DNA of 64,000 bases from Acidobacteriota bacterium. Its GTDB lineage: Bacteria; Acidobacteriota; UBA4820; DSQY01. The translations under genes were made by a program, and so were the position numbers. Positions 1-9,192 of this stretch are shown here, in pieces (within the stretch, counting starts at the first letter, position 1; the number at the start of each line of letters is the position of its first letter). Under the pieces are notes generated by a model. It was given only the letters and a program-made list of their open reading frames with translations, was not told the origin of the DNA and ran no database searches. The DNA lies in contig JAJYLT010000003.1 in the NCBI GenBank assembly GCA_021787565.1, forward strand, positions 79,775 through 143,774, given 5' to 3'.

Positions 1-5
1 GCGGT

Positions 6-1265
6 TTGAACTGGGGAGGCTCGGCCTTGGACACTCGGGACTGCTTCGAAAGGGCCGCCGATCTTGTGGGCTTGCCTCCCGGCGTCAGGCGCCTCCTCGC
101 CCTGCCCTGCGACGAGCTGACCCTCAACTTTCCCGTCAAGATGGACGACGAGTCGGTGGAGACCTTCCGCGGGTTTCGCGTGCATCACAACGACGCCCTG
201 GGACCCTACCTGGGAGGGCTCCGCTATCACCCCTCGGTGACCCTCAAGGCTATGCGGACCCAGGCGGCGCAGCGGACCTGGCAGGCCGCCCTGGCGGGCC
301 TTCCCTTCGGGGGCTCCATGGGGGGCATCCAGCTGGATCCCTCCCGTCACACGCTTTCGGAGCTGGAGCGGATCACGCGCCGCTTCGTGTTCGCCCTGGG
401 GAACAACATCGGGCCGGACTACGACGTCCTCACGACGGAGGTCAACACGAACAGCCAGATCATGAGCTGGGTCCTGGACACCTACTTTTCCACGGTACCA
501 CCCCAGGAGAGAAACCGCGCCTTCCCGGTGGTCACCGGCAAGCCGCTGGAGGCGGGCGGACTCCCGGGGCGGAACCGGGCGGTGGGTCTGGGCATGGCCA
601 TGCTCATCGAACGCTGGGCGAGCGATCACGCCGTCGACCTCGCCGCCTCGACCTACACGCTGCAGGGATTCGGAACGGTGGGGTCCTCGGTGGCGCGGGT
701 CCTCCAGTCCAAAGGCGCCAGGCTACTGGCCGTAGAGGATGTGACCGGAGGTGTATTCCATCCGGGCGGCATCGATGCGGAAAACCTGTTCGCTTACTCC
801 AGACGGCGTTTCGGTCTGCGGGGCTACCCGAGGGCGACCGCGCTCAGTCACGAGGCCTTCCTGCGCACTCCGGCCACGATCTTCATTCCGGCCGCCCTGG
901 CCACGGGCTTCACGAGCGAGCTGTTGGAGCTCCTGGACGTGCGCCTCGTGGCCGAGGGGGCTTGCATCCTGACGGAACCGGGAACGGACGACGTGCTGAG
1001 GCGAAAGGGGACGGACCTCCTGCCCGACGTGCTCTGCACCGCAGGAGGAGCCACCGCCAGCTATTTCGAGTGGCTCCAGAACAAGCGCGGCGAAAGGTGG
1101 GAGCTCGAGGAGGTGGAGAAGCGTCTCCAGGACACGCTATACCGCGCCTATGACCGGGTGGCAAGGGCCTCCCAAGAGTTCGGCGTCGATTGGAGGACCA
1201 CTAGCGTGGCCCTCGCCCTGGAGGATCTGGAGGGGGTCTACAGGGACCGGGGATTCTTCCCCTGA
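6..1265 (+). CDS. Glu/Leu/Phe/Val dehydrogenase family protein (GDH-like paralog 1); probably 5'-truncated by the window edge or TTG-initiated
   Basis: 419 aa ORF with GDH-family hallmarks (GGLRYHP, GLPFGG, QGFGTVG Rossmann, SYFEWLQN). The canonical catalytic Lys of GG-x-K-GG is Met (GGSMGG), the catalytic Asp position is Glu (TTEVNT), and the Lys89/Lys113 equivalents appear to be L/Q. The frame is open to position 1. Confidence 0.85.
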   Translation: MNWGGSALDTRDCFERAADLVGLPPGVRRLLALPCDELTLNFPVKMDDESVETFRGFRVHHNDALGPYLGGLRYHPSVTLKAMRTQAAQRTWQAALAGLPFGGSMGGIQLDPSRHTLSELERITRRFVFALGNNIGPDYDVLTTEVNTNSQIMSWVLDTYFSTVPPQERNRAFPVVTGKPLEAGGLPGRNRAVGLGMAMLIERWASDHAVDLAASTYTLQGFGTVGSSVARVLQSKGARLLAVEDVTGGVFHPGGIDAENLFAYSRRRFGLRGYPRATALSHEAFLRTPATIFIPAALATGFTSELLELLDVRLVAEGACILTEPGTDDVLRRKGTDLLPDVLCTAGGATASYFEWLQNKRGERWELEEVEKRLQDTLYRAYDRVARASQEFGVDWRTTSVALALEDLEGVYRDRGFFP

Positions 1266-1278
1266 CGGGAGCCGTGCC

Positions 1279-2529
1279 ATGACGAGCTACGACGAAGCGC
1301 TCCGCCAGCTCAACCAAGCCGCCGAACGCATGGGCCTGGACCCGGACGTGCGCAAGATCCTTTCGCAGACCGCGAGTGAAATCACCGTGAATTTTCCCGT
1401 CAAGATGGACGACGGAGAGGTCCGCATGCTCACCGGCCACCTGGCACAGCACAACAACGTCCTCGGGCCGTTCGCCGGGGGGCTGCGCTATCAGGAGGCG
1501 GTGGACACGGACGACGTCAGGGCCCTGGCGATCCGGATGACCTGGAAACACGCGGTTCTCGGGCTGCCCTTCGGCGGCGCCATGGGCGGGGTGGACGTGG
1601 ACCCGTTACGCTGCTCTCCGGCCGAATTGGAGCGCACCACCCGTCGCTTCACCTTCGGCCTGGGCGGCAATATCGGTCCCGAGTACGGCGTGCTCTGCCC
1701 CGAATTGGGCACCAACGGACAGATCATGGCCTGGATTCTGGATACCTACGCCTCGACCATGTCGCCCCACGAGCGAAATCTCTGCGGCCACGTGGTCATG
1801 GGCAAGCCCGCGACCCTGGGAGGAAGCGCGGGGCGGGAGCAGGCGGCCGGCCAGGCCATCGTGATCATGCTCAATGAGTGGGCGCGGCACGAGCAGATGG
1901 ACCTGAGACAGGTGACCTTCCTCCTCCAGGGCTTTGGAGCCACAGGCTCGTGGGCGGCCCGTCTCCTGGCGGAGCGGGGAGCGCGCCTTCTGGCCGTGGA
2001 GGATGCCAGCGGCGCCATCGCCCATCCGGACGGCATCGATCCCGGCGACCTGGACTCCTATGCTCGCCAGCGCGGGGGCATCGAGGGCTACCCCAAGGCC
2101 TCCCCTACCGACCATGCCGGCTTCCTCTCCACCAGGGCGGACATCTTCATTCCCGCTTCACCGCAGAAGCCGGTCTCACGGGACCACGCCTCCACGCTGA
2201 GGGTCCGGGTCGTGGCCGAGGGGGCCGATTCCCTCACCGACCGCGAGACGGAGGCCCTTCTCCGGGAGAGAGGCATAGAGATTCTTCCGGACCTGCTCTG
2301 CCATTCGGGCGCCACCATCGTCTACTACTACGAATGGCTCCAAAACCGTAGAAGTGAGAGATGGGAGGCGGAGGAGGTCAACTCAAAGATGCGCCGCCTC
2401 CTCCTCTCGGTCTACGAAGAGGCCCGCGGCATCGCTTCGGAACTCCACACCGACCTGCGCTCGGCCGCGCTCATAGTGGGGCTCCGCAGGATCGAGACGG
2501 CCTATCTGAAGCGGGGTATCTTCCCCTGA
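1279..2529 (+). CDS. Glu/Leu/Phe/Val dehydrogenase family protein (GDH-like paralog 2)
   Basis: ATG at 1279 (MTSYDEALRQ), 14 nt after paralog 1. GDH-family fold motifs present. GGAMGG replaces GGxKGG, Glu replaces the catalytic Asp (CPELGT), and the Lys89 equivalent is Ala (GPFAGG); the Lys113 equivalent is retained (MTWK). Confidence 0.85.
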   Translation: MTSYDEALRQLNQAAERMGLDPDVRKILSQTASEITVNFPVKMDDGEVRMLTGHLAQHNNVLGPFAGGLRYQEAVDTDDVRALAIRMTWKHAVLGLPFGGAMGGVDVDPLRCSPAELERTTRRFTFGLGGNIGPEYGVLCPELGTNGQIMAWILDTYASTMSPHERNLCGHVVMGKPATLGGSAGREQAAGQAIVIMLNEWARHEQMDLRQVTFLLQGFGATGSWAARLLAERGARLLAVEDASGAIAHPDGIDPGDLDSYARQRGGIEGYPKASPTDHAGFLSTRADIFIPASPQKPVSRDHASTLRVRVVAEGADSLTDRETEALLRERGIEILPDLLCHSGATIVYYYEWLQNRRSERWEAEEVNSKMRRLLLSVYEEARGIASELHTDLRSAALIVGLRRIETAYLKRGIFP

Positions 2530-2701
2530 GGCGGGCCCGCGGGCAAAGTGAGTTCGTCAGGGAGCTTGGGGTGTCTGGCTCCCGTCCTCCCGGACTTTCC
2601 AAAGAAAGAACCCGCCGAGGAAAAAGAGCGGGGCCTCCTGCGGGGAACATTGGTTGGTTTCGCGGGGTCTCCAGACCTTTCTGCGTGGCCCTCCAGGGCC
2701 C

Positions 2702-2757
2702 TTGACACCCACTATATGTTGCGCTATATTACCCCTGCTTAGCTAAATATAGGGGTG
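2702..2757 (+). promoter_or_regulatory. sigma70-like promoter (TTGACA-N17-TATATT) overlapped by AT-rich NrdR-box-like palindromic half-sites upstream of nrdJ
   Basis: TTGACA at 2702-2707, 17 nt spacer, TATATT at 2725-2730. The inverted half-sites CACCCACTATAT (2707-2718) and ATATAGGGGTG (2746-2757) resemble NrdR boxes (CACtATAT/ATATaGtG). The AT-rich island is conspicuous in a ~67% GC context. Confidence 0.45.
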
Positions 2758-2831
2758 CTCGGGGGCATAAGCCCTTTGGGCACATGAACTTGGGATTCAG
2801 TGTCTCCACGAGAACATGGGAGGTCAGTCGG

Positions 2832-5800
2832 ATGGACACGCACAAGGGTGGCGGCCAGGCTGGCAGCACCGGCAACCGCAAGGTCACAGCCACGCCCCAG
2901 ATCAGCAATTCGAAGGATCCTTCGCCGCCGGACAATTCGCAGCCGCCAGAAGTCGGCCTGTCCACGGAGGCGCTCGTTCCGTTTCACCTGGATCGGCGGT
3001 TCACTTCTCCAGAGTGCGATCCGCTGGATGGTGCCGCCTACCAACGCCGGGCCTCCAAGATCATGAACACGGATGGGTCCACGGTGTTCGCCATGGAGAA
3101 CGCCGAGGTCCCCGCGGACTGGAGCCAGCTGGCCACGGACATCCTGATCAGCAAATACTTCCGCAAGGCCGGTGTGCCGGGCACGGGCCACGAGACCTCC
3201 ATCCGCCAGGTGATCCGCCGCATCGCCCATACTCTCAGGATCGAGGGTGAGAAGTTCGGGGGCTACTTCACGGACAAGGAGGAGGCCGATGTCTTCGAGG
3301 CCGAGCTCTCCCACCTGCTCCTGACCCAGAGGGGGGCATTCAATTCGCCCGTCTGGTTCAATCTGGGGCTCTGGCACGAATACGGGATCGAGGGGTCGGG
3401 CGGCGCCTACTACTGGAGCGCCGAGACCGGGCAGATCGAGGAGACGTCCAACGCCTATCAGCACCCCCAGTGCTCCGCGTGCTTCATCCAGAGCGTGGAC
3501 GACGACCTGATGAGCATCTTCCAGCTGGCCAAGAACGAGGCCCGGCTGTTCAAGTACGGATCGGGCACCGGCAGCAACTTCTCGCGGATCCGCTCCCGGG
3601 AAGAGAGGCTCTCCGGCGGGGGCACCTCATCGGGTCTGATGAGCTTTCTCGAGGTCCTGGATCGCGCCGCCGGCGCCACCAAGTCCGGCGGAACCACCCG
3701 GCGCGCCGCCAAGATGGTCTGCCTGGACATGGACCATCCCGAGGTAGAGGACTTCATCAACTGGAAGCGCCGGGAGGAGAACAAGGCGCGGGTGCTGGCC
3801 GAGGCGGGGATCGACCTGGACGATGCGGTGCACACCGTCTCGGGCCAGAACGCCAACAACTCGCTGCGCATCACCGACGCCTTCATGGAGGCCTACGAAA
3901 AGGACGGAGAGTGGACCACCACCTACCGGACCAGCGGAGAGCCCGCGCACACCCACCGGGCCCGTGATCTCATGCGCCAGATCGCCGTGGCCGCGTGGGA
4001 GTGCGGCGACCCGGGGCTGCAATTCGACAGCACCATCAACCGCTGGCACGCGTGCAAGGCCACCGACCGCATCCACGCCTCCAACCCTTGCTCCGAGTAC
4101 ATGTTCCTGGACGATTCGGCCTGCAACCTCGCCAGCCTGAACCTCATGAAGTTCCTGAATGAAGAGGGCGACTTCGACGTGGAGGGCTACAAGCACGCCG
4201 TGGGCATCTTCATCACCGCCCAGGAGATCCTGGTGGACCTCTCCTCCTACCCCACCGAGACCATCGCCAAGAACAGCCACGACTTCCGGCCCCTCGGCCT
4301 CGGCTACGCCAATCTCGGGACCCTCCTGATGGTCCTGGGCATCCCCTACGACAGTCCCAAGGCCTTCGCGTGGTGCGGCGCGCTCACCAGCCTCATGACC
4401 GGGCAGGCCTACCTGGTCTCCTCCCTGCTGGCCAAGCGCAAGGGCCCCTTCCCCGGCTATGCCAAGAACCGGGAATCCATGCTGGACGTCATCAAGATGC
4501 ACCGGGACGCCGGCCACAAGGTGGAGCTGGATTACCTCCCGGAGAGCCTCGGCCTCGCCAGCCGGCAGGTTTGGGACGACGCGCTGGTCTTCGGTCGTCA
4601 GTTCGGCTTCCGCAACGCCCAGACCACGGTGCTGGCTCCCACGGGAACCATCGGCCTGCTCATGGATTGCGATACCACCGGCATCGAGCCTGACTTCTCC
4701 CAGGTCAAGTTCAAGAAGCTGGCTGGCGGCGGCTACTTCAAGATCGTGAACCAGTCGGTGGAGCGCGCCCTGCACGCTCTCGGCTATCCCCCCGCCCAGA
4801 TCCAGGAGATGCTGCGGTATCTCGTGGGCACGGGGCAGCTGGCCGGCACTCCCCACATCCATCCAGCCAGCCTGATGACCAAGGGATTCACGGAGGAAGA
4901 GGTGGCTCGCGTGGAGAGCCAGCTCGGGCGGGTGGTGGACCTTCCTCAGGCCTTTTCCGCCTTCGTCCTGGGCGACGACTGCGTCCGGAGGCTGGGATTC
5001 ACCCCGGAGGAGGCCGGCAAGCCGGGCTTCAACGTGCTCGCCGCCCTCGGTTTCAGCGATGCCCAGATCGAGGAGGCTTCCGCCGTGGCCTGCGGCCACA
5101 TGACGCTGGAAGGCGCCCCCTACCTGAAGGAGGAGCACCTGCCCGTGTTCGACTGCGCCAACCGTTGCGGAAGGCACGGCAAGCGGTTCATCGCCCCCCT
5201 CGGCCACGTCAAGATGATGGCGGCGGCCCAGCCCTTCCTGTCCGGCGCCATCAGCAAGACGGTCAACCTGCCCGTCTCCATCATGCCGGAGGAAATCGAG
5301 CGGATCTACGTGGAGGGCTGGAAGCGCGGTCTGAAGGCCCTCGCCGTCTATAGGGACGGCTCCAAGGTCACCCAGCCCCTCTCGGACGCCTCCACCCAGA
5401 AGGCCGCCAAGACGGAGACGGCCTCGGCGCCGGCCCCCGTCGAACAGCTCTGGCGCACGCCGCTTCAGCGCCGCAGGCTGCCGAAAAAGCGCGACGGATT
5501 CACCCAGGAGGCGCGCGTAGGCGGACAGAAGGTCTACCTGCGGACGGGCGAGTACGCCGACGGCCGCCTGGGCGAGGTCTTCATCGACATGCACAAGGAG
5601 GGGGCCGCCTTCCGCTCCCTCATGAACTGCTTCGCCATCGCCATTTCGCTCGGCCTCCAGTACGGCGTTCCGCTGGAGGAGTACGTGGACTGCTTCACCT
5701 TCACGCGCTTCGAGCCCCAGGGGCCCGTCACGGACCACCCCAACATCAAATACGCCACCTCGGTCATCGACTACATCTTCCGAGTCCTGGGCATGGAGTA

Positions 5801-6089
5801 CCTGGGAAGGACCGACTTCGTGCAGGTGAAGCCGGACGAGCTCGAGAAGGCCCAGGCCGAGAAGACGCTGACCTCGCCCACGGCGAGCGCCACCGAGGTC
5901 GCCGCCGCGGAGAAGACCCTCTCCTCGCAGGTTCCAGTCTACAAGGCCGTCGGCGGGAACCCGCTCTCCAGCCACCTTTCGACCATGATGGGCGATGCCC
6001 CGTTCTGCAACATCTGCGGCCACATCACGGTGCGGAACGGTTCCTGCTACAAATGCCTGAACTGCGGCAACAGCCTAGGGTGCAGCTAG
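2832..6089 (+). CDS. nrdJ: adenosylcobalamin-dependent ribonucleoside-diphosphate/triphosphate reductase, class II
   Basis: About 1085 aa. Contains the class II RNR motifs [22 protein letters not shown] and [10 protein letters not shown], with a C-terminal Cys-rich zinc ribbon (CNICGH...CYKCLNCGN). Start chosen at ATG 2832, which follows a GGGAGG RBS; the ORF track starts at 2784. Confidence 0.9.
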   Translation: MDTHKGGGQAGSTGNRKVTATPQISNSKDPSPPDNSQPPEVGLSTEALVPFHLDRRFTSPECDPLDGAAYQRRASKIMNTDGSTVFAMENAEVPADWSQLATDILISKYFRKAGVPGTGHETSIRQVIRRIAHTLRIEGEKFGGYFTDKEEADVFEAELSHLLLTQRGAFNSPVWFNLGLWHEYGIEGSGGAYYWSAETGQIEETSNAYQHPQCSACFIQSVDDDLMSIFQLAKNEARLFKYGSGTGSNFSRIRSREERLSGGGTSSGLMSFLEVLDRAAGATKSGGTTRRAAKMVCLDMDHPEVEDFINWKRREENKARVLAEAGIDLDDAVHTVSGQNANNSLRITDAFMEAYEKDGEWTTTYRTSGEPAHTHRARDLMRQIAVAAWECGDPGLQFDSTINRWHACKATDRIHASNPCSEYMFLDDSACNLASLNLMKFLNEEGDFDVEGYKHAVGIFITAQEILVDLSSYPTETIAKNSHDFRPLGLGYANLGTLLMVLGIPYDSPKAFAWCGALTSLMTGQAYLVSSLLAKRKGPFPGYAKNRESMLDVIKMHRDAGHKVELDYLPESLGLASRQVWDDALVFGRQFGFRNAQTTVLAPTGTIGLLMDCDTTGIEPDFSQVKFKKLAGGGYFKIVNQSVERALHALGYPPAQIQEMLRYLVGTGQLAGTPHIHPASLMTKGFTEEEVARVESQLGRVVDLPQAFSAFVLGDDCVRRLGFTPEEAGKPGFNVLAALGFSDAQIEEASAVACGHMTLEGAPYLKEEHLPVFDCANRCGRHGKRFIAPLGHVKMMAAAQPFLSGAISKTVNLPVSIMPEEIERIYVEGWKRGLKALAVYRDGSKVTQPLSDASTQKAAKTETASAPAPVEQLWRTPLQRRRLPKKRDGFTQEARVGGQKVYLRTGEYADGRLGEVFIDMHKEGAAFRSLMNCFAIAISLGLQYGVPLEEYVDCFTFTRFEPQGPVTDHPNIKYATSVIDYIFRVLGMEYLGRTDFVQVKPDELEKAQAEKTLTSPTASATEVAAAEKTLSSQVPVYKAVGGNPLSSHLSTMMGDAPFCNICGHITVRNGSCYKCLNCGNSLGCS

Positions 6090-6115
6090 ACATCCCGGTG
6101 GAAGGTCAATCGAAG

Positions 6116-6150
6116 GAAAGGGGGCGCGGTTCACGCGCCCCCTTTCCTTT
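6116..6150. terminator. bidirectional rho-independent terminator between convergent nrdJ and EamA genes
   Basis: GGGGGCGCG-gttca-CGCGCCCCC hairpin (6120-6142), flanked by an A-rich tract upstream and TTTCCTTT downstream. Confidence 0.7.
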
Positions 6151-6205
6151 CGGGCGGTGGTCTCTCCGCACCGGTGCGACCAGGTGCCGCATCCCGCGGG
6201 AGCCG

Positions 6206-7111
6206 TCAGCCCGAGAGCGGCTCCTCGACCTCCGGGCGGCGCATGGTCAACAAGGTCACGCTGATCACGACCACGGCCGCGCCCAGGGCCTGAACGGGAT
6301 AGAGCCTCTCCCCGAGCAGCAGCACCGCGAGCCCCGTGGCCACCACCGGAATCACGTTGGTGAAGGCGGCCACGATGGAGGCCTTCAGGTGGGCCAGCGA
6401 AACGTTCAGGAGCAGATAGGCAAGAAAGGAGCAGCCGATCCCGAGGTAAAGGACGGCCAGCCAGGCCCTGGGGCCGGCCTGCGGCATCCCCCGCGTTGAA
6501 AGATCCCAGAGGGCGAACGGCAGGTACATGGCGGCCGCGTAAAGGGCCTGCAGCCGCGTGATGGCGACGGCGTTGTAGCGCGAGAGCAGGCGGCGGGCCA
6601 GAACCGTGTAGACCGAGGCGGCGAAGGCCGCGGCCAGGATGAAACCGTTGCCCGCCAGGCTCCCGCCGAAGGCGCTTCTGAGCCCTCCCGCGGTGACCAG
6701 GAGGAATATGCCCCCAAGGGAGAGCAAGATGAGCAGCACCTCCGCCGCGACGATCCTGACCTTCAGCCAGAAGACTTCGAGAAGCAGGACGTAGATGGGA
6801 ATCGTGCAGATGAGGATGGCCGCCGTCGATGCGAGCGTTCGCTGGATGCCCATGGCCTCGAGGTAGAAATAAACTCCCGGCTCGAACAGGGCGAGGACCA
6901 GGATCTTCCAGTAGCCCGTCCGATCCACGGGACTGGCCTTCAGCCAGGGAGAGAAGACGAAAAAGACCGCCGCTCCGAGCAGGAAGCGCAGGAATATGAG
7001 CTCCGAAGGGGTGAAGGCGGAAAGCGCGATCTTGGTGCCCACGAAGGAGGCGCCGAAGAGAAGGGACATACCCACGAGGGCGGCCAGCGCCCCGGCCTTG
7101 GCGCCTCTCAT
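6206..7111 (-). CDS. EamA/DMT-family permease (10-TM drug/metabolite transporter)
   Basis: Hydrophobic ~300 aa protein with a duplicated EamA-like 5-TM architecture. ATG at 7111 overlaps the queC stop (ATGA); the ORF track extends to 7255, but that upstream part is Arg/Pro-rich junk. Confidence 0.75.
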   Translation of the reverse strand: MRGAKAGALAALVGMSLLFGASFVGTKIALSAFTPSELIFLRFLLGAAVFFVFSPWLKASPVDRTGYWKILVLALFEPGVYFYLEAMGIQRTLASTAAILICTIPIYVLLLEVFWLKVRIVAAEVLLILLSLGGIFLLVTAGGLRSAFGGSLAGNGFILAAAFAASVYTVLARRLLSRYNAVAITRLQALYAAAMYLPFALWDLSTRGMPQAGPRAWLAVLYLGIGCSFLAYLLLNVSLAHLKASIVAAFTNVIPVVATGLAVLLLGERLYPVQALGAAVVVISVTLLTMRRPEVEEPLSG

Positions 7112-7917
7112 GAGGCCTGCGTCAGCGCCCGAAGCAGCACGGACAGCCGCCTCACCCGCTCTCGGGCGGCTTCCCTGCCGAAGGAGACGGGCCTTCCGTA
7201 GGCAATGGGGTCCTGGATGCCGGCCTGCTCGAAACCTCGGAGCCTCAAGGCGCACGAATCACAAGCCCCGCAGGCGAAGTCGTTTCGGACGTAGCACGAC
7301 CACGTGGCCTCCAGCGGCAGACCCATCTGGGTCGCCGCCTGGACGATCTGCGCCTTCGTCATGTCCACCAGGGGGGCCCGGACCTGGATCCCGCTTTCCG
7401 GCTTGGTCCCCTCGGTCACGAGCCGGTTGAAGGCTTCGATGAACGGCGGCCGGCAGTCCGGATAACCGGAGGAGTCCTGGGAGACGGCGCCGTAGTAGAC
7501 CCGCCTCGCGCCCAAGACCTCGGCCCATCCGACGGCCATGGAGAGCAGGACCGCGTTCCGGAAGGGCACGTAAGTCACGGGGATCCCCTTCGAATCCAGA
7601 TCGGCGGCGGGCACGGCGACCTTGGAACTGGTGAGCGCGGAACCGCCCGCGAGGGCGAAGAAGTTCGTGTGAACGACCAGACGGCGCTGCTCCGGCACTG
7701 CAAGGAAGTCCGCAATCCTCAGGAAGGCCCGGTATTCGGCCTCTTCGGTGCGCTGTCCATAATTGAAGTGGATCAGGGCCAACGCGAGGCCATCCCGAAG
7801 CGCCACGCCGGCCGCCGTGAGGGAGTCCATGCCCCCGCTCAGGAGGACCACGGCCATAGGCGCTTCGGGGTCGGCAGTCGGAACCTTCGGGGAGCCCGTG
7901 AGCTGATCGACATCCAT
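7108..7917 (-). CDS. queC: 7-cyano-7-deazaguanine synthase
   Basis: SGGMDS PP-loop and C-terminal CGACDSC zinc motif. An alternative internal start at 7857 (MAVVLLSGG) is possible. Confidence 0.85.
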   Translation of the reverse strand: MDVDQLTGSPKVPTADPEAPMAVVLLSGGMDSLTAAGVALRDGLALALIHFNYGQRTEEAEYRAFLRIADFLAVPEQRRLVVHTNFFALAGGSALTSSKVAVPAADLDSKGIPVTYVPFRNAVLLSMAVGWAEVLGARRVYYGAVSQDSSGYPDCRPPFIEAFNRLVTEGTKPESGIQVRAPLVDMTKAQIVQAATQMGLPLEATWSCYVRNDFACGACDSCALRLRGFEQAGIQDPIAYGRPVSFGREAARERVRRLSVLLRALTQAS

Positions 7918-8027
7918 TGCGCGGCCTCAAAAGGTGCGTGACGGATTCTTCCGGAGGCGCCCACGAATGGCGCCTGGCGCTGCCCGTCATTGTAGTTCCG
8001 ATTCCACCGACCAGGAATCCCCCGTCC

Positions 8028-8732
8028 TCAGACTCCCCGCTTGTTGCCCCAGAGGACCTTGTGGAGCTGGACCTGAAGGCGCACCTCGAGGCGGTCCCCG
8101 ACGATCCACTCCGCCAGCGCCGCCGGATCGAGAAGCCCCCAGACCGGTGAGAAGAGCACACCGGCGGGGCCGGGGAGATGGTGGCGGGCCAGGAAATCGA
8201 CCGCCCAGAGGTAATCCTCGCGGGATGAGAGAACGAACTTGAGCACATCCTTCCGATCCAGCTCGCCCAAGACGGGGAGCTGAAAGGAGCCGCCCTCGCC
8301 GCTGGCCGGAGCCTTTACATCCACCACCTTGAGCACCTCGCCGGGCAGGCAGCCCAGATCATAGGCGCCGTTGGTCTCGATGGAGACGGCGCGGCCGGCG
8401 TCGAGAAGGGCCCGACAGAGCGCCGGAGTGGCCGCCTGGGCCATGGGCTCCCCTCCCGTGACCAGAACCCGCCGGATCTCGTGAGAGGCTACCCGGCGGA
8501 CCACCTCTCCCAGTGCCACCCGCTGGCCCTTGAAGAAGGCGAAGGCGCTGTCGCAGTAGCTGCACCGCAGATTGCAGCCGGTCAGGCGCACGAGGACGGT
8601 CGGGTACCCCTGCTCGGGCCCCTCGCCCTGGACGGAGGCATACAGCTCGTTGAGCAGCAGGGTGGGCTCCGTCTGCGGACGGTTGAGGTAGCGCTCACCG
8701 CCCACGGCCTGAGGGGCTTCTCGATGGCTCAT
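8028..8732 (-). CDS. queE: 7-carboxy-7-deazaguanine synthase (radical SAM)
   Basis: Radical SAM motif CNLRCSYCDS and QueE-like N-terminus (ELYASVQGEG). Its start overlaps the queD stop. Confidence 0.85.
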   Translation of the reverse strand: MSHREAPQAVGGERYLNRPQTEPTLLLNELYASVQGEGPEQGYPTVLVRLTGCNLRCSYCDSAFAFFKGQRVALGEVVRRVASHEIRRVLVTGGEPMAQAATPALCRALLDAGRAVSIETNGAYDLGCLPGEVLKVVDVKAPASGEGGSFQLPVLGELDRKDVLKFVLSSREDYLWAVDFLARHHLPGPAGVLFSPVWGLLDPAALAEWIVGDRLEVRLQVQLHKVLWGNKRGV

Positions 8733-9094
8733 GCGTCCTCGTCCTCGAAGTACGAGGCCTCGGACGTGTCGGTCTCGTAGACATCGACCCGCGTCACGGG
8801 GGCCGCCGCCGAGAGGACCTCGTAGAGGTGGCGGGCGATGTTCTCCGCCGTGGGGTTCAGACGGTCGAAGGGGGGGGTCTCGTTCAGGTAATTATGATCG
8901 AAGGGCTCCAGCGCGCGCTGGGTGAGCTCCTTCAGCTTGCGGAAATCCATGACCATGCCCAGGCCGTCCAGCTCCTTGCGCCTGGCCACCACCTCGACGC
9001 GCCAGTTGTGCCCGTGGAGCCTCTCGCAATTCCCCGGGTAATCCTCGACCCTGTGGGCCGCGGCGAAATGCCTCACGATCTTGACCTCGTACAT
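8729..9094 (-). CDS. queD: 6-carboxy-5,6,7,8-tetrahydropterin synthase
   Basis: 121 aa PTPS-family protein with the CxxxHGH motif (CERLHGHNW). Confidence 0.85.
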   Translation of the reverse strand: MYEVKIVRHFAAAHRVEDYPGNCERLHGHNWRVEVVARRKELDGLGMVMDFRKLKELTQRALEPFDHNYLNETPPFDRLNPTAENIARHLYEVLSAAAPVTRVDVYETDTSEASYFEDEDA

Positions 9095-9192
9095 CCGTAC
9101 CTCCGCCAGGGCTCCTGGACTGCGGCCAGATGCGCAGCGGGGATGGCCGCCCCACCCCGGAGCAGCATACTAAACGACAGGGGGGGTCCGTG

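Noticed and set aside
2784-2831. nrdJ start at the first ATG (2784)
   Set aside because: No RBS precedes it and the encoded 16 residues are not conserved-looking. ATG 2832 follows GGGAGG with good spacing. Either remains possible.
3627-6023. 798-aa ORF antisense to nrdJ, and similar long antisense or shifted ORFs (9130-10341 +, 16260-17630 +, 20037-20867 -, 45277-48402 +, the N-terminal part of 38766-40070 +, 33314-35398 - as a single 694-aa ORF)
   Set aside because: Arg/Gly/Pro-rich low-complexity translations typical of open alternative frames in high-GC DNA. Each overlaps a strongly supported conserved gene on the other strand or frame.
9095-9192. Possible preQ1 riboswitch in the queD leader
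   Set aside because: The 98-nt leader lacks the preQ1-I hairpin with its A-rich tail (…CUA…AAAAAACUA) and preQ1-II features. The sequence is GC-rich with no recognisable aptamer.
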